The notes: generated by a model not told the origin, from the sequence alone. A stretch of 64,000 nucleotides of DNA from an uncultured Rhodospirillaceae bacterium (GCA_964474755.1 CAYYUG010000008.1:13360-77359); one strand, 5' to 3'. Shown: positions 18,320-28,148, counted from the first letter of the stretch. Numbers and translations: made by a program.

Positions 18320-19165
18320 ATGAAAACCAAATATCGCCACTTCATTGCCAAACCGCTCAGCGGTTCCGTCGGCGCTCTCATCGAAGGGATTGACATTACC
18401 CGTGAATTGGATGCGGACGTGATCGCAGAAATTCGTAGGGCCTGGCTCGACCATTTGGTGATCTTTTTTCGCAATCAACATCTTAATGACGAGCGACTTA
18501 TGACATTCGGACGCTATTTCGGTGAGCTCTACCTGCACCCTAATTTGGCCAAAAAAGGCCCATACCCTGAGGTCATCCATGTCGTCAAAGAACCAAACGC
18601 GACGCGGGTCGTCGGTGCGGAATGGCATACAGATACAGCCCATGTGGAATGCCCACCAATGGCAGCAATTCTGCATGCACTGGAAGTTCCGCCGCGAGGA
18701 GGCGATACACTGTTCGCCAATCAATACCTCGCATACGAAGCGCTGTCAGACAGGCTAAAGGCGACCCTCGATGGAATGCGTGCCGTACATGACGACAGCC
18801 GCGTCGCAGGTCCGAACGCTAATAAAGGACGCTCGACTCAAACCCGAGACGATGCTGAATGGCGCCCGACGGTCAACACTCACCCAGTGATCCGCACCCA
18901 TCCAGAAACCGGCCGCAAGGCGCTCTACGTCAACATCGCCTCAGCGCATAAATTCGAGGGCATGACAAACGAAGAAAGTGCGCCACTTTTGCGCTACCTA
19001 TTCGATCATGCAACGCGTCCAGAGTTCACCTGCCGGTTCAGATGGGCACCCAACTCCGTTGCATTCTGGGACAATCGCTGCCTAAAACACATCGCGATCA
19101 ACGATTACCATGGCTATCGTCGCGACATGCGACGCGTGCAGATCGCTGGCAACCGGCCAGTTTAG
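18320..19165 (+). CDS. TauD/TfdA family Fe(II)/2-oxoglutarate dioxygenase
   Basis: 281-aa ORF with an H-x-D motif in GAEWHTDTAHVECPPMAAILHALEVPPRGGDTLFAN and C-terminal WDNRCLKHIAINDY, typical of taurine dioxygenase-like enzymes. Confidence 0.85.
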   Translation: MKTKYRHFIAKPLSGSVGALIEGIDITRELDADVIAEIRRAWLDHLVIFFRNQHLNDERLMTFGRYFGELYLHPNLAKKGPYPEVIHVVKEPNATRVVGAEWHTDTAHVECPPMAAILHALEVPPRGGDTLFANQYLAYEALSDRLKATLDGMRAVHDDSRVAGPNANKGRSTQTRDDAEWRPTVNTHPVIRTHPETGRKALYVNIASAHKFEGMTNEESAPLLRYLFDHATRPEFTCRFRWAPNSVAFWDNRCLKHIAINDYHGYRRDMRRVQIAGNRPV

Positions 19166-19233
19166 TTCAAACGGCGGCGGTGTCGCTGCTAAACTGCGGC
19201 AAATATAACATCAACCCAAAAAGGCAGGAGCTT

Positions 19234-20124
19234 ATGGCAAAAATTGGATTCATAGGGGTAGGCAATATGGGCGGCCCGATGGCGCGCAACCTGATCAGCG
19301 CAGGGCACAGTCTCAAAGTGTTCGATCTGTCGGAAGAAGCCGTAAACTTCGTCGTTCAATCCGGCGCGGAACGGGCGACCTCGGTACAAGAGGCCGCAAA
19401 GGAGGTCGATATAGTTGTAACGATGTTGCCAGTTGGCAGCAACGTTCGCGAGGTATTCCTAAATGATGGCGTCGTGGCCGCAGCTAATCCAGGCACGCTT
19501 TTAATCGATTCCTCTACCATCGACGTGGAGAGTGCAGTCGTTGTGCACGAGACCGCTTCGGCCGCGGGTTTCGAGATGGTGGATGCGCCCGTTTCCGGCG
19601 GCACGGTCGGAGCGGAGCAAGCGACACTCACCTTTATGTGTGGCGGCGAGAAGGCCGCTTTCGAAAATGCGCGGCCAATTTTGGAAGATATGGGCAAAAA
19701 CATCGTGCATTGCGGCGGTCCTGGGAAGGGTCAGGTTGTAAAAATTTGTAATAATATGATCGCTGCAATAGCCACCCTTGCGACCTCTGAAGCGTTCGTA
19801 ATGGGTGAAAAGTTGGGTGTCGACAGGCAAGTGCTATTCGACGTGATCTCTACTTCAACCGGTAGTACGCGAATACTTGAAATGGGCTGTCCTGTGCCGG
19901 GGCCGTTGCCGGCTTCACCATCGAGTAATAATTTCAAGCCGGGCTTCATGGCCAAACTCATGCTTAAAGATTTGCGCCTGTCGCAGTCGGCATCACAATT
20001 GGCAGGCACACCGACGCCACTCGGTGCCGTTGCCACTGCTTCGTATCAGCAGCATGTCAACAATGGCTTCGGCAACCTGGACAATGCAAGTATTTGCAAG
20101 CTAATCGACCCGGACATCGCATGA
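19234..20124 (+). CDS. mmsB: 3-hydroxyisobutyrate dehydrogenase family NAD-binding oxidoreductase
   Basis: ORF 19042..20124, with the real start at MAKIGFIGVGNMGGPMARNL (19234) after AGGAG. It carries a Rossmann motif, a DAPVSGG block and a KICNNM block characteristic of MmsB/HIBADH. Confidence 0.8.
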   Translation: MAKIGFIGVGNMGGPMARNLISAGHSLKVFDLSEEAVNFVVQSGAERATSVQEAAKEVDIVVTMLPVGSNVREVFLNDGVVAAANPGTLLIDSSTIDVESAVVVHETASAAGFEMVDAPVSGGTVGAEQATLTFMCGGEKAAFENARPILEDMGKNIVHCGGPGKGQVVKICNNMIAAIATLATSEAFVMGEKLGVDRQVLFDVISTSTGSTRILEMGCPVPGPLPASPSSNNFKPGFMAKLMLKDLRLSQSASQLAGTPTPLGAVATASYQQHVNNGFGNLDNASICKLIDPDIA

Positions 20125-20261
20125 CTACCGAGAAAACAACTGAACCTACGCCGAAAATCATAGAACCTTACGAGACCTTGCGGCCTTGTCGGAACCGCAT
20201 CATTGCCGGTGGTGTGATCATACTAATCGCGTTTGGTTTGATTTTACTAATATCGGATTAG
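20121..20261 (+). CDS. Putative 46-aa single-pass membrane micro-protein, translationally coupled to mmsB
   Basis: The ATG at 20121 overlaps the mmsB TGA (ATGA). The product is MTTEKTTEPTPKIIEPYETLRPCRNRIIAGGVIILIAFGLILLISD, with a polar N-terminus followed by one hydrophobic helix. It falls below the ORF-track size cutoff. Confidence 0.35.
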   Translation: MTTEKTTEPTPKIIEPYETLRPCRNRIIAGGVIILIAFGLILLISD

Positions 20262-20277
20262 GCGGGAGACATTAGGC

Positions 20278-21006
20278 ATGAGTATGGAAACGCCAGGCGC
20301 AAAGATGCTGTATCTAATCAGGCGTAAGTCCACGACTAGCCGTGAGGAATTGATCGCGCATTGGTACGCAAATCACATGCCGCCAGTGATCCAGCGAAAT
20401 CATGAAAAAGAAGCTGCAGGCGAGCAACACGCTACACGCTATATCGTTGGCTTATTCGATCCGAAAAACGATGCGTCTTTGACCTGGGACGGCGTAGCGC
20501 AGCTTTGGTACAGGGAACCGTTGCCGCACCCGGCACAGGCGAGTGCAATCGTGCCAAACGATAGTTTTCACGAAAAAGTAGAGCCCTACTGGCCATGGGC
20601 GACAAGGGAATATATCGCTATCGACGGCGTGCTACCAGTTGAACCTCTGACACTGAATGCGCCATTCCCCTGTACACGGAGTGGCTTCCATAAGCGCACT
20701 TCGCTTGTCGCTGCAAAGCCTGGCACAGATATTGAGGCCATGTTTTCCCATTGGCGTGATGTCCATCTGCCAAACGTACGGCAGACGATGGAGGAGGTCA
20801 GCGGGTTTCGCTATGTGGTGAGCCTAAGCACAAACTTGGCACACGCGCCCTACGCTGGAATGGCAGAGCTCTATTTCCGAGACGCGGTGGGTTGGTCGGA
20901 ATTTCAGACAGCCTACAGACCCGACGGCTTTGAAAATTTCGTCGATGACGCTGCCAGTCACCGTTTCGCCGGTGGCACGGAGATGCTGGGGATCGACCGG
21001 CCCTGA
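20278..21006 (+). CDS. EthD domain-containing protein (tandem dimeric alpha/beta-barrel)
   Basis: 242-aa ORF. MLYLIRRKSTTSREELIAHWYANHMP, and a second copy of the pattern around TSLVAAKPGTDIEAMFSHWRDVHLPNV, fit two EthD-like repeats. Confidence 0.6.
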   Translation: MSMETPGAKMLYLIRRKSTTSREELIAHWYANHMPPVIQRNHEKEAAGEQHATRYIVGLFDPKNDASLTWDGVAQLWYREPLPHPAQASAIVPNDSFHEKVEPYWPWATREYIAIDGVLPVEPLTLNAPFPCTRSGFHKRTSLVAAKPGTDIEAMFSHWRDVHLPNVRQTMEEVSGFRYVVSLSTNLAHAPYAGMAELYFRDAVGWSEFQTAYRPDGFENFVDDAASHRFAGGTEMLGIDRP

Positions 21007-21043
21007 CGTTCCCAACGCAGAAGAGAATTTTTGGGAGTTTGCC

Positions 21044-21493
21044 ATGGAATGGCATAGGGACACTTTCACCATTACCGATGACCACAAAAAAATTGACGTG
21101 CCCATCGTGGTGCGTCTTCTGCACGAACAAACTTACTGGGCCCACGACATACCATCAGATGCAATCCAACGTGCGATCGAGCATTCAGTTTGTTTCAGCA
21201 TGTTCGAAGGCAAAAAACTGATCGGCTTTGCCCGCTTCATCACCGACCACGCAGTCTTCGGCTATTTGGAAGACGTCATCATTGATTCCAAATTTCGTGG
21301 GCGTGGCTTAGGACAATGGCTGCTCGACTGCATGCTCGCCCACCCTACTATAGCTTCATTGAAGAAGCTTATGCTCGCGACAGAAGACGCGCACGGCCTT
21401 TACAAAAAATACGGGTTCGCAGCGCCAGCGCATTCAGAATGGATTATGGAACGCTACAACCGACGCGCTTTCCAGACTGGCCCTAATAATTAG
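21044..21493 (+). CDS. GNAT family N-acetyltransferase
   Basis: ORF 20930..21493, with a likely start at MEWHRDTF (21044). The acetyl-CoA binding motif is VIIDSKFRGRGLGQWLLDCML. Confidence 0.8.
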   Translation: MEWHRDTFTITDDHKKIDVPIVVRLLHEQTYWAHDIPSDAIQRAIEHSVCFSMFEGKKLIGFARFITDHAVFGYLEDVIIDSKFRGRGLGQWLLDCMLAHPTIASLKKLMLATEDAHGLYKKYGFAAPAHSEWIMERYNRRAFQTGPNN

Positions 21494-21733
21494 GATCATC
21501 ACACTGGTCGTGCGCATAAGAATAATCCCGAATGAGACGTCCTGTCGGTAGCGCTATTTGCCAACTATTGGCAACCAGCGAAGGCACGATGAGCAGGAGG
21601 ATCGCCTCCCGCAGTCCCAACCAGTACCAAGCAAACGAATGGCTGTCGTCTGCAATTCGACACCAACCGCCCCTTTGATGGTCCCTGCAATTAAGAATGC
21701 GGCGACTATGAGGACGATCAGCGTCGGATCCAC
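21483..21733 (-). pseudogene. Truncated, frameshifted N-terminal relic of a TauE/SafE (TSUP) family anion exporter gene
   Basis: The minus strand from the GTG at 21733 reads VDPTLIVLIVAAFLIAGTIKGAVGVELQTTAIRLLG. After a frameshift near 21620 it reads LGLREAILLLIVPSLVANSWQIALPTGRLIRDY. Both segments match the conserved N-terminus of TSUP proteins. Only about 80 of roughly 250 codons remain, and the relic runs into the 3' end of the GNAT gene. Confidence 0.5.
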
Positions 21734-21749
21734 TTAAGACACACCTTGG

Positions 21750-22862
21750 TCAGGCAGCCCGCGGCAAGACGTCGGACAAGCGTCCCTTAAAGTGCGGCAT
21801 GACTTTATCCGAAAACAGACGTGCAGCCTTTGCATGCGGATAACCAGACAGGCAGAAGCTGGTGCAACCGGCGTCCACGAATTCATCTAATGTGTCGGCG
21901 ATCTGTTTAGACGTACCCACAACCGCAATACCCGCACCGGATCGGACCATCGAAATACCGGTCCAGAGATGTGGATGGATCTTCATCTCGTCCCCAGATT
22001 CCTCCAGCAGCTGCCACACCCGTTGATTTGCTTCCGACGTCTTACGGATACTCTCGACCCCGTCCTGACCTTTGTTGGAATTGAACAGCTGAAATTTAGC
22101 CGCGCCAGCAACCAAACTATGCGCATCGTCCCAGGCTTCCTCCTCGCTTTCAGCGCAGACGATTTGTAGCCGCATGCCAAAGCCGAGGGCGTCCTCGCGG
22201 CCATGCTTGGCAGCGCGTTTGCGCATGTCCTTGATGTTTTCTGCGATTACATCCGGCTTGTCGCCCCAGAACAGGTGAACCGTAGAATGTTTGGCAGAGA
22301 TATCCTTGGCCTGGTCGGAGCCCCCACCGAGGAAAAACGGCGGATGCGGCTTTTGCAGCGGCTTCGGCTCAATCACTTGATTGACCTGATAATGCTTGCC
22401 CTCATAGCTGATCGGTTCGTTCGACGCCCACAGTCGCTTCATTATCTCGACTTCCTCGTCCATCTTCTCGTAACGGACCTGTTTACTGTCCGAAATCCCG
22501 TCGGCTTGCGTATCGGCATCGCTTATCCCGGCGATCAAATTGATGCACAACCGTCCGCCAGTCAGTTGATCCAAAGTCGCGTACATCTTGGCCGACAGGG
22601 AAGGATTACAGTAGCCGGAACGCAGCGCGATGAGCGGCGCTATATGCTTGCTGCGGGCGGCATAGAAAGACGCGGTTACCGTCGCCTCCCAGCAAGTTGC
22701 ATTAACTGGCATCAGGAGATATTTAAATCCACCTTCGTCGGCCGCCGTCACGACCTCTTCAAACATTTCCGGGCTTTGTGCTATGCGTTGGTTTGGATCG
22801 GCTAAGCAGGTGCTGTCGCCACTGGTGGGCAGAAACCATCCGAATGTCAGGTCAGTCATCAT
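21750..22862 (-). CDS. LLM class flavin-dependent monooxygenase, SsuD/SfnG-like
   Basis: ORF 21750..22895, with a likely start at MMTDLTFGWFLPTSGD (22862 or 22859) after AAGGA. FGWFLPT...GD, the LIALRSGY block and LDQLTGGRLCINLIAG resemble alkanesulfonate/dimethylsulfone monooxygenases. Confidence 0.75.
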   Translation of the reverse strand: MMTDLTFGWFLPTSGDSTCLADPNQRIAQSPEMFEEVVTAADEGGFKYLLMPVNATCWEATVTASFYAARSKHIAPLIALRSGYCNPSLSAKMYATLDQLTGGRLCINLIAGISDADTQADGISDSKQVRYEKMDEEVEIMKRLWASNEPISYEGKHYQVNQVIEPKPLQKPHPPFFLGGGSDQAKDISAKHSTVHLFWGDKPDVIAENIKDMRKRAAKHGREDALGFGMRLQIVCAESEEEAWDDAHSLVAGAAKFQLFNSNKGQDGVESIRKTSEANQRVWQLLEESGDEMKIHPHLWTGISMVRSGAGIAVVGTSKQIADTLDEFVDAGCTSFCLSGYPHAKAARLFSDKVMPHFKGRLSDVLPRAA

Positions 22863-22922
22863 GTCATCCTTTATCGTTGGAGCAAAGGAATGCAAAGCGA
22901 CATTGAACCCGGCAAGCTTCGC

Positions 22923-23798
22923 TCAACAACCTTTATAGTTCTTCAGGAGGCACTCGTGGGCTAGCTTTTTAGCTGCAGCTACCTCCGCCTTGCTCATCAG
23001 CTTAGTCAGGTGATGCTTTACCTCGGTACCGTACTTATTCCCCCTGGCAGATGCCAGACTAGCCCACATATAGGAGTACTTCCGATCCTTCCGGACCCCT
23101 CTCCCAATATTGTACATCACAGCTAAATTGAACATGGCCTTGAGGTATCCATCTTCGGCGGACCGCTGGAACCACATCACCGCCGTCTTATAGTCTTTCT
23201 CGACGCTAATCCCTTTGCGATACATCCAGCCCAATTTGAACTGCGACGCACCGTGTCCATTTTTTGCAGCGCGCCGGTACCACGATTCTGCCATCTCCTG
23301 GCTTCGGTCAACGCCTCTCGCCAATTCGTAGAGCAAGCCTAGTCTGTACTCAGCATCAGCATATCCCTGTTCGGCGGCCAGCTCCCAAAATTTGCGTGCA
23401 TTCTCATAGCCTACCGGCACGCCGAGGCCCCGATAATGCATAACGCCAAGATTGAATTGCGCCCGCGCATAACCTTGTGCGACCGCGCGCCGATACCATC
23501 GCAGAGCCTCTGCGCGATCCCAAGGAACGCCAATGCCAAAAGTATAGAGGAAACCTAGCCGGTCCTGGGCTTCCGGCAGGCCTTGTTTCGCAGCCTGTTT
23601 ATGCCACTTCGCTGCCATCTCATAACTTTGCGAGACGCCATCCCCTTCCTGGTACATCAGTCCCAATTTGAACTGAGCACGAGGACTGCCTTTTTCGGCA
23701 GCTTCCAGGAGATCTTGTAGGCTGTTGGCCCATCCGCTACTGACGAGCCCGACGAGCAAAGCTACCATCAGGCAAAGTGACAAAATAGTGGGTCGCAT
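22923..23798 (-). CDS. Secreted Sel1-like repeat (SLR/TPR-type) protein
   Basis: 291-aa ORF with an N-terminal signal-like segment MRPTILSLCLMVALLVGLVSSGWA. About seven repeats follow, of the form A..W(Y/F)..AA.QG...AQ..LG.MY..G.GV..D. Confidence 0.8.
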   Translation of the reverse strand: MRPTILSLCLMVALLVGLVSSGWANSLQDLLEAAEKGSPRAQFKLGLMYQEGDGVSQSYEMAAKWHKQAAKQGLPEAQDRLGFLYTFGIGVPWDRAEALRWYRRAVAQGYARAQFNLGVMHYRGLGVPVGYENARKFWELAAEQGYADAEYRLGLLYELARGVDRSQEMAESWYRRAAKNGHGASQFKLGWMYRKGISVEKDYKTAVMWFQRSAEDGYLKAMFNLAVMYNIGRGVRKDRKYSYMWASLASARGNKYGTEVKHHLTKLMSKAEVAAAKKLAHECLLKNYKGC

Positions 23799-23871
23799 GA
23801 GTTTACCTGACAGAAATATGGGTAAAAAATGGCTCTACGAGCGCAAAACGGCGGAACTCGCCTTATCTCTT

Positions 23872-24906
23872 CTAAAGAAAGTGCGGTATTACGTCCTCGG
23901 TGAACCGGACAAAACTTTCGTGCCCGAGAGGCGCTATCATGAGGTATTCCATATTGTTCGTTTCGCGCAACCGTTCAATGTCATCGATAATCTTTTCTGG
24001 CGAGCCACACAACGCACAATCGTTGACATAACGCTCTACCGGATCAACATTATCGCGCTCGGCAGCGAGCATCGCCTCGTTGGACTGGGTCTTGCCTTCC
24101 GCTGCGGCCTTCTCTCCGCCTCGGATATTACTGTTTTTTTTCAAATAACTGCCGAACATAAACTCAGCCCCGCGGCGCCCCAAATCAAAACCCTCTTCCA
24201 TCGTCTTACCGATGCCAACAGTTCGGGTCAGCGGAATGCTGCGACCCTCAAAACTGTAGCCCGATGACTCTAGAGCAGCCTTATAAAGTTCCCTTTTCAA
24301 AAAGCTGTCCGCATGCGTGGAATGCGGTCCCTGTAGAATTGAAAAACCTTGTGTCGCCGCCCACTCAATCGAACCCTCGGAAGTCGCACCAATCCATACC
24401 GGCATATCTTTCTGATAGGGTTTGGGCAAGACTTCTATATCGTTGTAACTGAAGTACTTGCCTTTGTGTGTGAAGGATCCTTCCTGCCAAGCCTTCACCA
24501 CGACTTCAACGCTTTCACGAAATTTCGGATAACTGTCCTCCGGCGGCACGCCAAAGGCCTCATGCTCCTTGGCATCGAATCCCCGACCGGCCCCCCAATT
24601 GACCCGGCCATGCGTTAACTGATCAAGAAGAGCAACCTCTTCGGCCAACCGCAGGGGGTGATAGAAGGACGCCAATGAAATGCCAGTACCAATACGAATG
24701 TTTTTGGTGTTTGCTGCCAGATGCGCACCCATGATGTGGACTGAAGGACATACGCTGTAGGTGCTGAAGTGATGCTCCGCCAGCCACACCGCGTCGTATC
24801 CAGTCTTATCCATCAACTCTATTCGGTTGAAGGCGCGTTCATAAACTTGTTCTAGCGGAATTCGCCGACCAGGCCAGGCGAAGAACTGCAAAACTCCAAA
24901 CTTCAT
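23872..24906 (-). CDS. LLM class flavin-dependent oxidoreductase
   Basis: ORF 23872..24921, with a likely start at MKFGVLQFFAWPG (24906). YDAVWLAEHHFS and GRVNWGAGRG blocks are typical of the luciferase-like family. Confidence 0.8.
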   Translation of the reverse strand: MKFGVLQFFAWPGRRIPLEQVYERAFNRIELMDKTGYDAVWLAEHHFSTYSVCPSVHIMGAHLAANTKNIRIGTGISLASFYHPLRLAEEVALLDQLTHGRVNWGAGRGFDAKEHEAFGVPPEDSYPKFRESVEVVVKAWQEGSFTHKGKYFSYNDIEVLPKPYQKDMPVWIGATSEGSIEWAATQGFSILQGPHSTHADSFLKRELYKAALESSGYSFEGRSIPLTRTVGIGKTMEEGFDLGRRGAEFMFGSYLKKNSNIRGGEKAAAEGKTQSNEAMLAAERDNVDPVERYVNDCALCGSPEKIIDDIERLRETNNMEYLMIAPLGHESFVRFTEDVIPHFL

Positions 24907-25257
24907 GGCGTCCCCACGCAATTACATGAGAGGCTAAGGTAACAGAGGACAGTTGTAGCAGCCAGCGGCGGACATGAAAGCAGCATGCTGAAAGTTACGC
25001 CGTTTTTGAGAAGGACATTCGCGACACCTGCTCGTTGATATTATCATTCCCTTCATCAGCCCTGCTTTTTGTTGCACAGCAACCTATCGGTATGGAACTA
25101 GCTTTGGCAGCCAACGTCTGCTGCGTCAAAACCCGCTAAGCCTGTATCCACGCCGTACTATTTGCAGAATCATCAAGTCGGTCTGAAACTAGCAATTTGA
25201 GATATCGCGCCTATCCGGCTATTTCAAATAATTAGTGTCCCATTTGCGGCGCTACCT

Positions 25258-26277
25258 CTAAAGCCCTTGACGGACCCTCGGAAACACCTCTTCTGACAAA
25301 AGCTGCATGGTCTCTATCGACCGCGCGACCTCCAGCCCCGGCCAGTGCATGCTCATCACGATGTGGTTCATACCGACACGCTTGTTGAAGGCAATGATCT
25401 GCTCCGCCACATCGTCAGGCGAACCGATAAAGAAGCGATCCTTGAGTAGCTCCTCAAAAGGCTGACCCAACTCGTCTCTGTTGTCCGGACGCGAACGACC
25501 CAGACCCCAGGCATGATAGGCTTTGTATTTGGTCATGATCGGCTCCTTAGCGAGCCTATAGGCTTCTTCTCGCGTCGGTGCGCAGAATACCTCGCGCCGG
25601 AACGGAAACTCCTCCGGAAAGGGCCGGTCCATGGTGTCGAGTGCCCGCTTGTAGGTGTCGACCTGCCTTTCCAGTTCGTCCAGCCGGTCATTCGGACCGG
25701 GATACCAGCAGGTTCCCATCTTCGCCGCACGCTTGATCACCGCATCCGCACTACCTCCGATCCAGATCGGGGGGGTCGGTTTCTGCACCGGCAAAGCGGA
25801 ACAGCTCGCCTCTTTAAGTTCGAAATGCGAACCCTTAATGGTGACTGTCTCTTCCAGCCAGAGCCGCTTGATCGCGTCCAAATTTTCCTCAAAACGCTTG
25901 GCCCTATCCCGCGGCGTCGTCCCAAAAGCCAAAAACTCGACTTCGCGATAGCCGACACCACAACCAAAGATCAACCTGCCGTTGGTCATAATATCAAGGG
26001 TGCCTAATTGCTCGGCCACATCGAGCGGCTTGTGCATCGGCAGCAGCAAGACACCCGTGTTGAGCCGCAGGCTTGGCGCCTCGGCCGCGACACGACACAG
26101 AAACGGAATTTGCTGCAGATCCTGCAACGGATGTGTGCTGTAATGTGCGCCTTTGGTGATCGAGTGATAGCCCCATTTTTCTGCTAGCCGCGCCTGCTCA
26201 AGCATCTCTCCAAACCGCGCCGCGACATCATCTCCCTTCGGAAACTGGCCACGCATCATAATCCCAAATTGCATCAT
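25258..26277 (-). CDS. LLM class flavin-dependent oxidoreductase
   Basis: 339-aa ORF whose start MMQFGIMM is preceded by AAGGAG. GRLIFGCGVGYREVEF and TIM-barrel LLM features are present. Confidence 0.8.
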   Translation of the reverse strand: MMQFGIMMRGQFPKGDDVAARFGEMLEQARLAEKWGYHSITKGAHYSTHPLQDLQQIPFLCRVAAEAPSLRLNTGVLLLPMHKPLDVAEQLGTLDIMTNGRLIFGCGVGYREVEFLAFGTTPRDRAKRFEENLDAIKRLWLEETVTIKGSHFELKEASCSALPVQKPTPPIWIGGSADAVIKRAAKMGTCWYPGPNDRLDELERQVDTYKRALDTMDRPFPEEFPFRREVFCAPTREEAYRLAKEPIMTKYKAYHAWGLGRSRPDNRDELGQPFEELLKDRFFIGSPDDVAEQIIAFNKRVGMNHIVMSMHWPGLEVARSIETMQLLSEEVFPRVRQGL

Positions 26278-26579
26278 GCTTTAACTCCTTTAGAGCGCCC
26301 ATACTTGTCTCCGATGACCAAAAAACACGGTCATCAACTCATAGGTGACAGCAAGTTAAGCGATAACCTTTAGGCCGCAGCTTCAACCTTTTTTGTATTA
26401 ACCTGACCGAAGGTCAACGTCAGTTAGCCGCAGAATTCGAAGCCTTCGTTGAGGGCTTTGATTATTCGATGACAAAACGCGTGGTTACCTTCACCGGCGA
26501 TATATCTGCAGACATTCTATCTGATTTTACTTTGCGGCCTGCATACCGATGAACCAGTTTTTGCTAGTTACACTCATCT

Positions 26580-28136
26580 TCACGCCGCTGCTGCCGACCA
26601 TTGTTCGTCAGATATAAATTGCGGACAACTGTTGATCTTCAGCCTATCTTCCGGCTTCGGGTCCTTCACCAGCGCACATTCATTGTCAAAAATCATTGTC
26701 GTCCGATCGGACGCATTGTAGTGCTGCCAGTCCGGTAGGCACGGGTTGTTTGGGTTTCCCGTCCGCGCGAACGCGAGCCACGTTTCCATCACGGTATCCA
26801 TCAGCGCCACCTGTTCCGATCCAGTGCCGACAAATTCCTTCGCGACGTCCACATTACCGAAAACGAAGGGGATGCAAAGCGTGTGCGGCGTCTTCAGCAT
26901 GCCGCCCAACACCGGGGTTTTCCAAGTGAACTCGTATAGCCATGCAGGTGCGCCATTCTGCTTGGATTTGCGCTCAGCCGCTTCGATCGCATTGCGGCGA
27001 TACATATGATCGCTAGAAATATAGTTGTAGAGATCGCGCTCCGACGCATCATCGCGTCGCGTTCTGTAATCAGTAATCAAGTCACTTGCCACGTCATCCT
27101 CGATACCGACAAAACGCGCGATATCGGCCCGCAGCTGTGCCGGGGTAAGCGGGAGTTTCTCTGGCTCAAGCACGATGTCGTAGAAGCTCTTCTCCGTTTC
27201 GCATGAACCTATTAGCAAAGGTATGTCGGCGGCCAGATCCGGCGCGTCGAGACGGAAAGGGTGATTGTGTATTGATCGCCCGTCTACGACTGGCCGGAAG
27301 CTGTCGTTGCCGTTATTAGCCTGAACTACGGCCTTGTAACCGGCCAGCAGCACATCCGCTGCGACGCCGCGCATCGCATCTGCGCTATCGACACCGATCT
27401 CCCGCATCAGTTGCCGGGCGGCACGGTCCGCATTTTCCGCTGAGGCGAGGTGCAGATGTGAGGAACTACTCTGCATAATCGCCTTATGGAACAGCCCCCT
27501 GGCCACCGGCATGGTCATCATCACCGCTACCTTGGAGCCGCCGCCTGACTGGCCAAAGATCGTCACATTGCCGTCATCACCTCCGAATTCACCTATATTG
27601 TCGCGTACCCACTCTAACGCCATTACGATGTCGAGCATGCCCGCATTGCCACTGTCGGCGAATTTTTCCCCACCAGCACCAGCCAAATAGCAATAGCCGA
27701 ACGCGTTCAAGCGATGGTTCAAGGTTACAACGATCACGTCGCCACGACGAGCGAGATTGCTGCCGTCGAGACCATTCGCGCCGCCGGACCCGGCGGTATA
27801 GCCGCCGCCATGTAACCAGACCATGACTGGTCGCCTGCCGCCGTCGTTTACAGCCGGCGTGTAAACATTGAGCGTCAGGCAGTTCTCTCCGGATTGTGTC
27901 GTGTCCCGGATCCACGCATTGGCGGGACGAATGGCTCGGTCTAACTGAGGAGCTTGATCCCCCAGCGCCATCGCATCACGTATACCGGTCCATTGCTGCG
28001 GCTTGCGTGGCCGCATGAACCGTCCCGGCCCGGCGGTCGACTGAGCGTAAGGGATCCCCTTAAAGCTGTGTATGCCATTCTTTTGAGTGCCACGCAGGTG
28101 GCCTGGTTCAATTTCAACGGTAGTGTCGGCGGTCAT
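26580..28136 (-). CDS. Carboxylesterase/lipase family protein (type B, para-nitrobenzyl esterase-like)
   Basis: 518-aa ORF with FKGIPYAQ, an oxyanion region VMVWLHGGGYTAGSG and a nucleophile elbow FGQSGGGS. Confidence 0.85.
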   Translation of the reverse strand: MTADTTVEIEPGHLRGTQKNGIHSFKGIPYAQSTAGPGRFMRPRKPQQWTGIRDAMALGDQAPQLDRAIRPANAWIRDTTQSGENCLTLNVYTPAVNDGGRRPVMVWLHGGGYTAGSGGANGLDGSNLARRGDVIVVTLNHRLNAFGYCYLAGAGGEKFADSGNAGMLDIVMALEWVRDNIGEFGGDDGNVTIFGQSGGGSKVAVMMTMPVARGLFHKAIMQSSSSHLHLASAENADRAARQLMREIGVDSADAMRGVAADVLLAGYKAVVQANNGNDSFRPVVDGRSIHNHPFRLDAPDLAADIPLLIGSCETEKSFYDIVLEPEKLPLTPAQLRADIARFVGIEDDVASDLITDYRTRRDDASERDLYNYISSDHMYRRNAIEAAERKSKQNGAPAWLYEFTWKTPVLGGMLKTPHTLCIPFVFGNVDVAKEFVGTGSEQVALMDTVMETWLAFARTGNPNNPCLPDWQHYNASDRTTMIFDNECALVKDPKPEDRLKINSCPQFISDEQWSAAAA

Positions 28137-28148
28137 ACGCTTTTTCTC

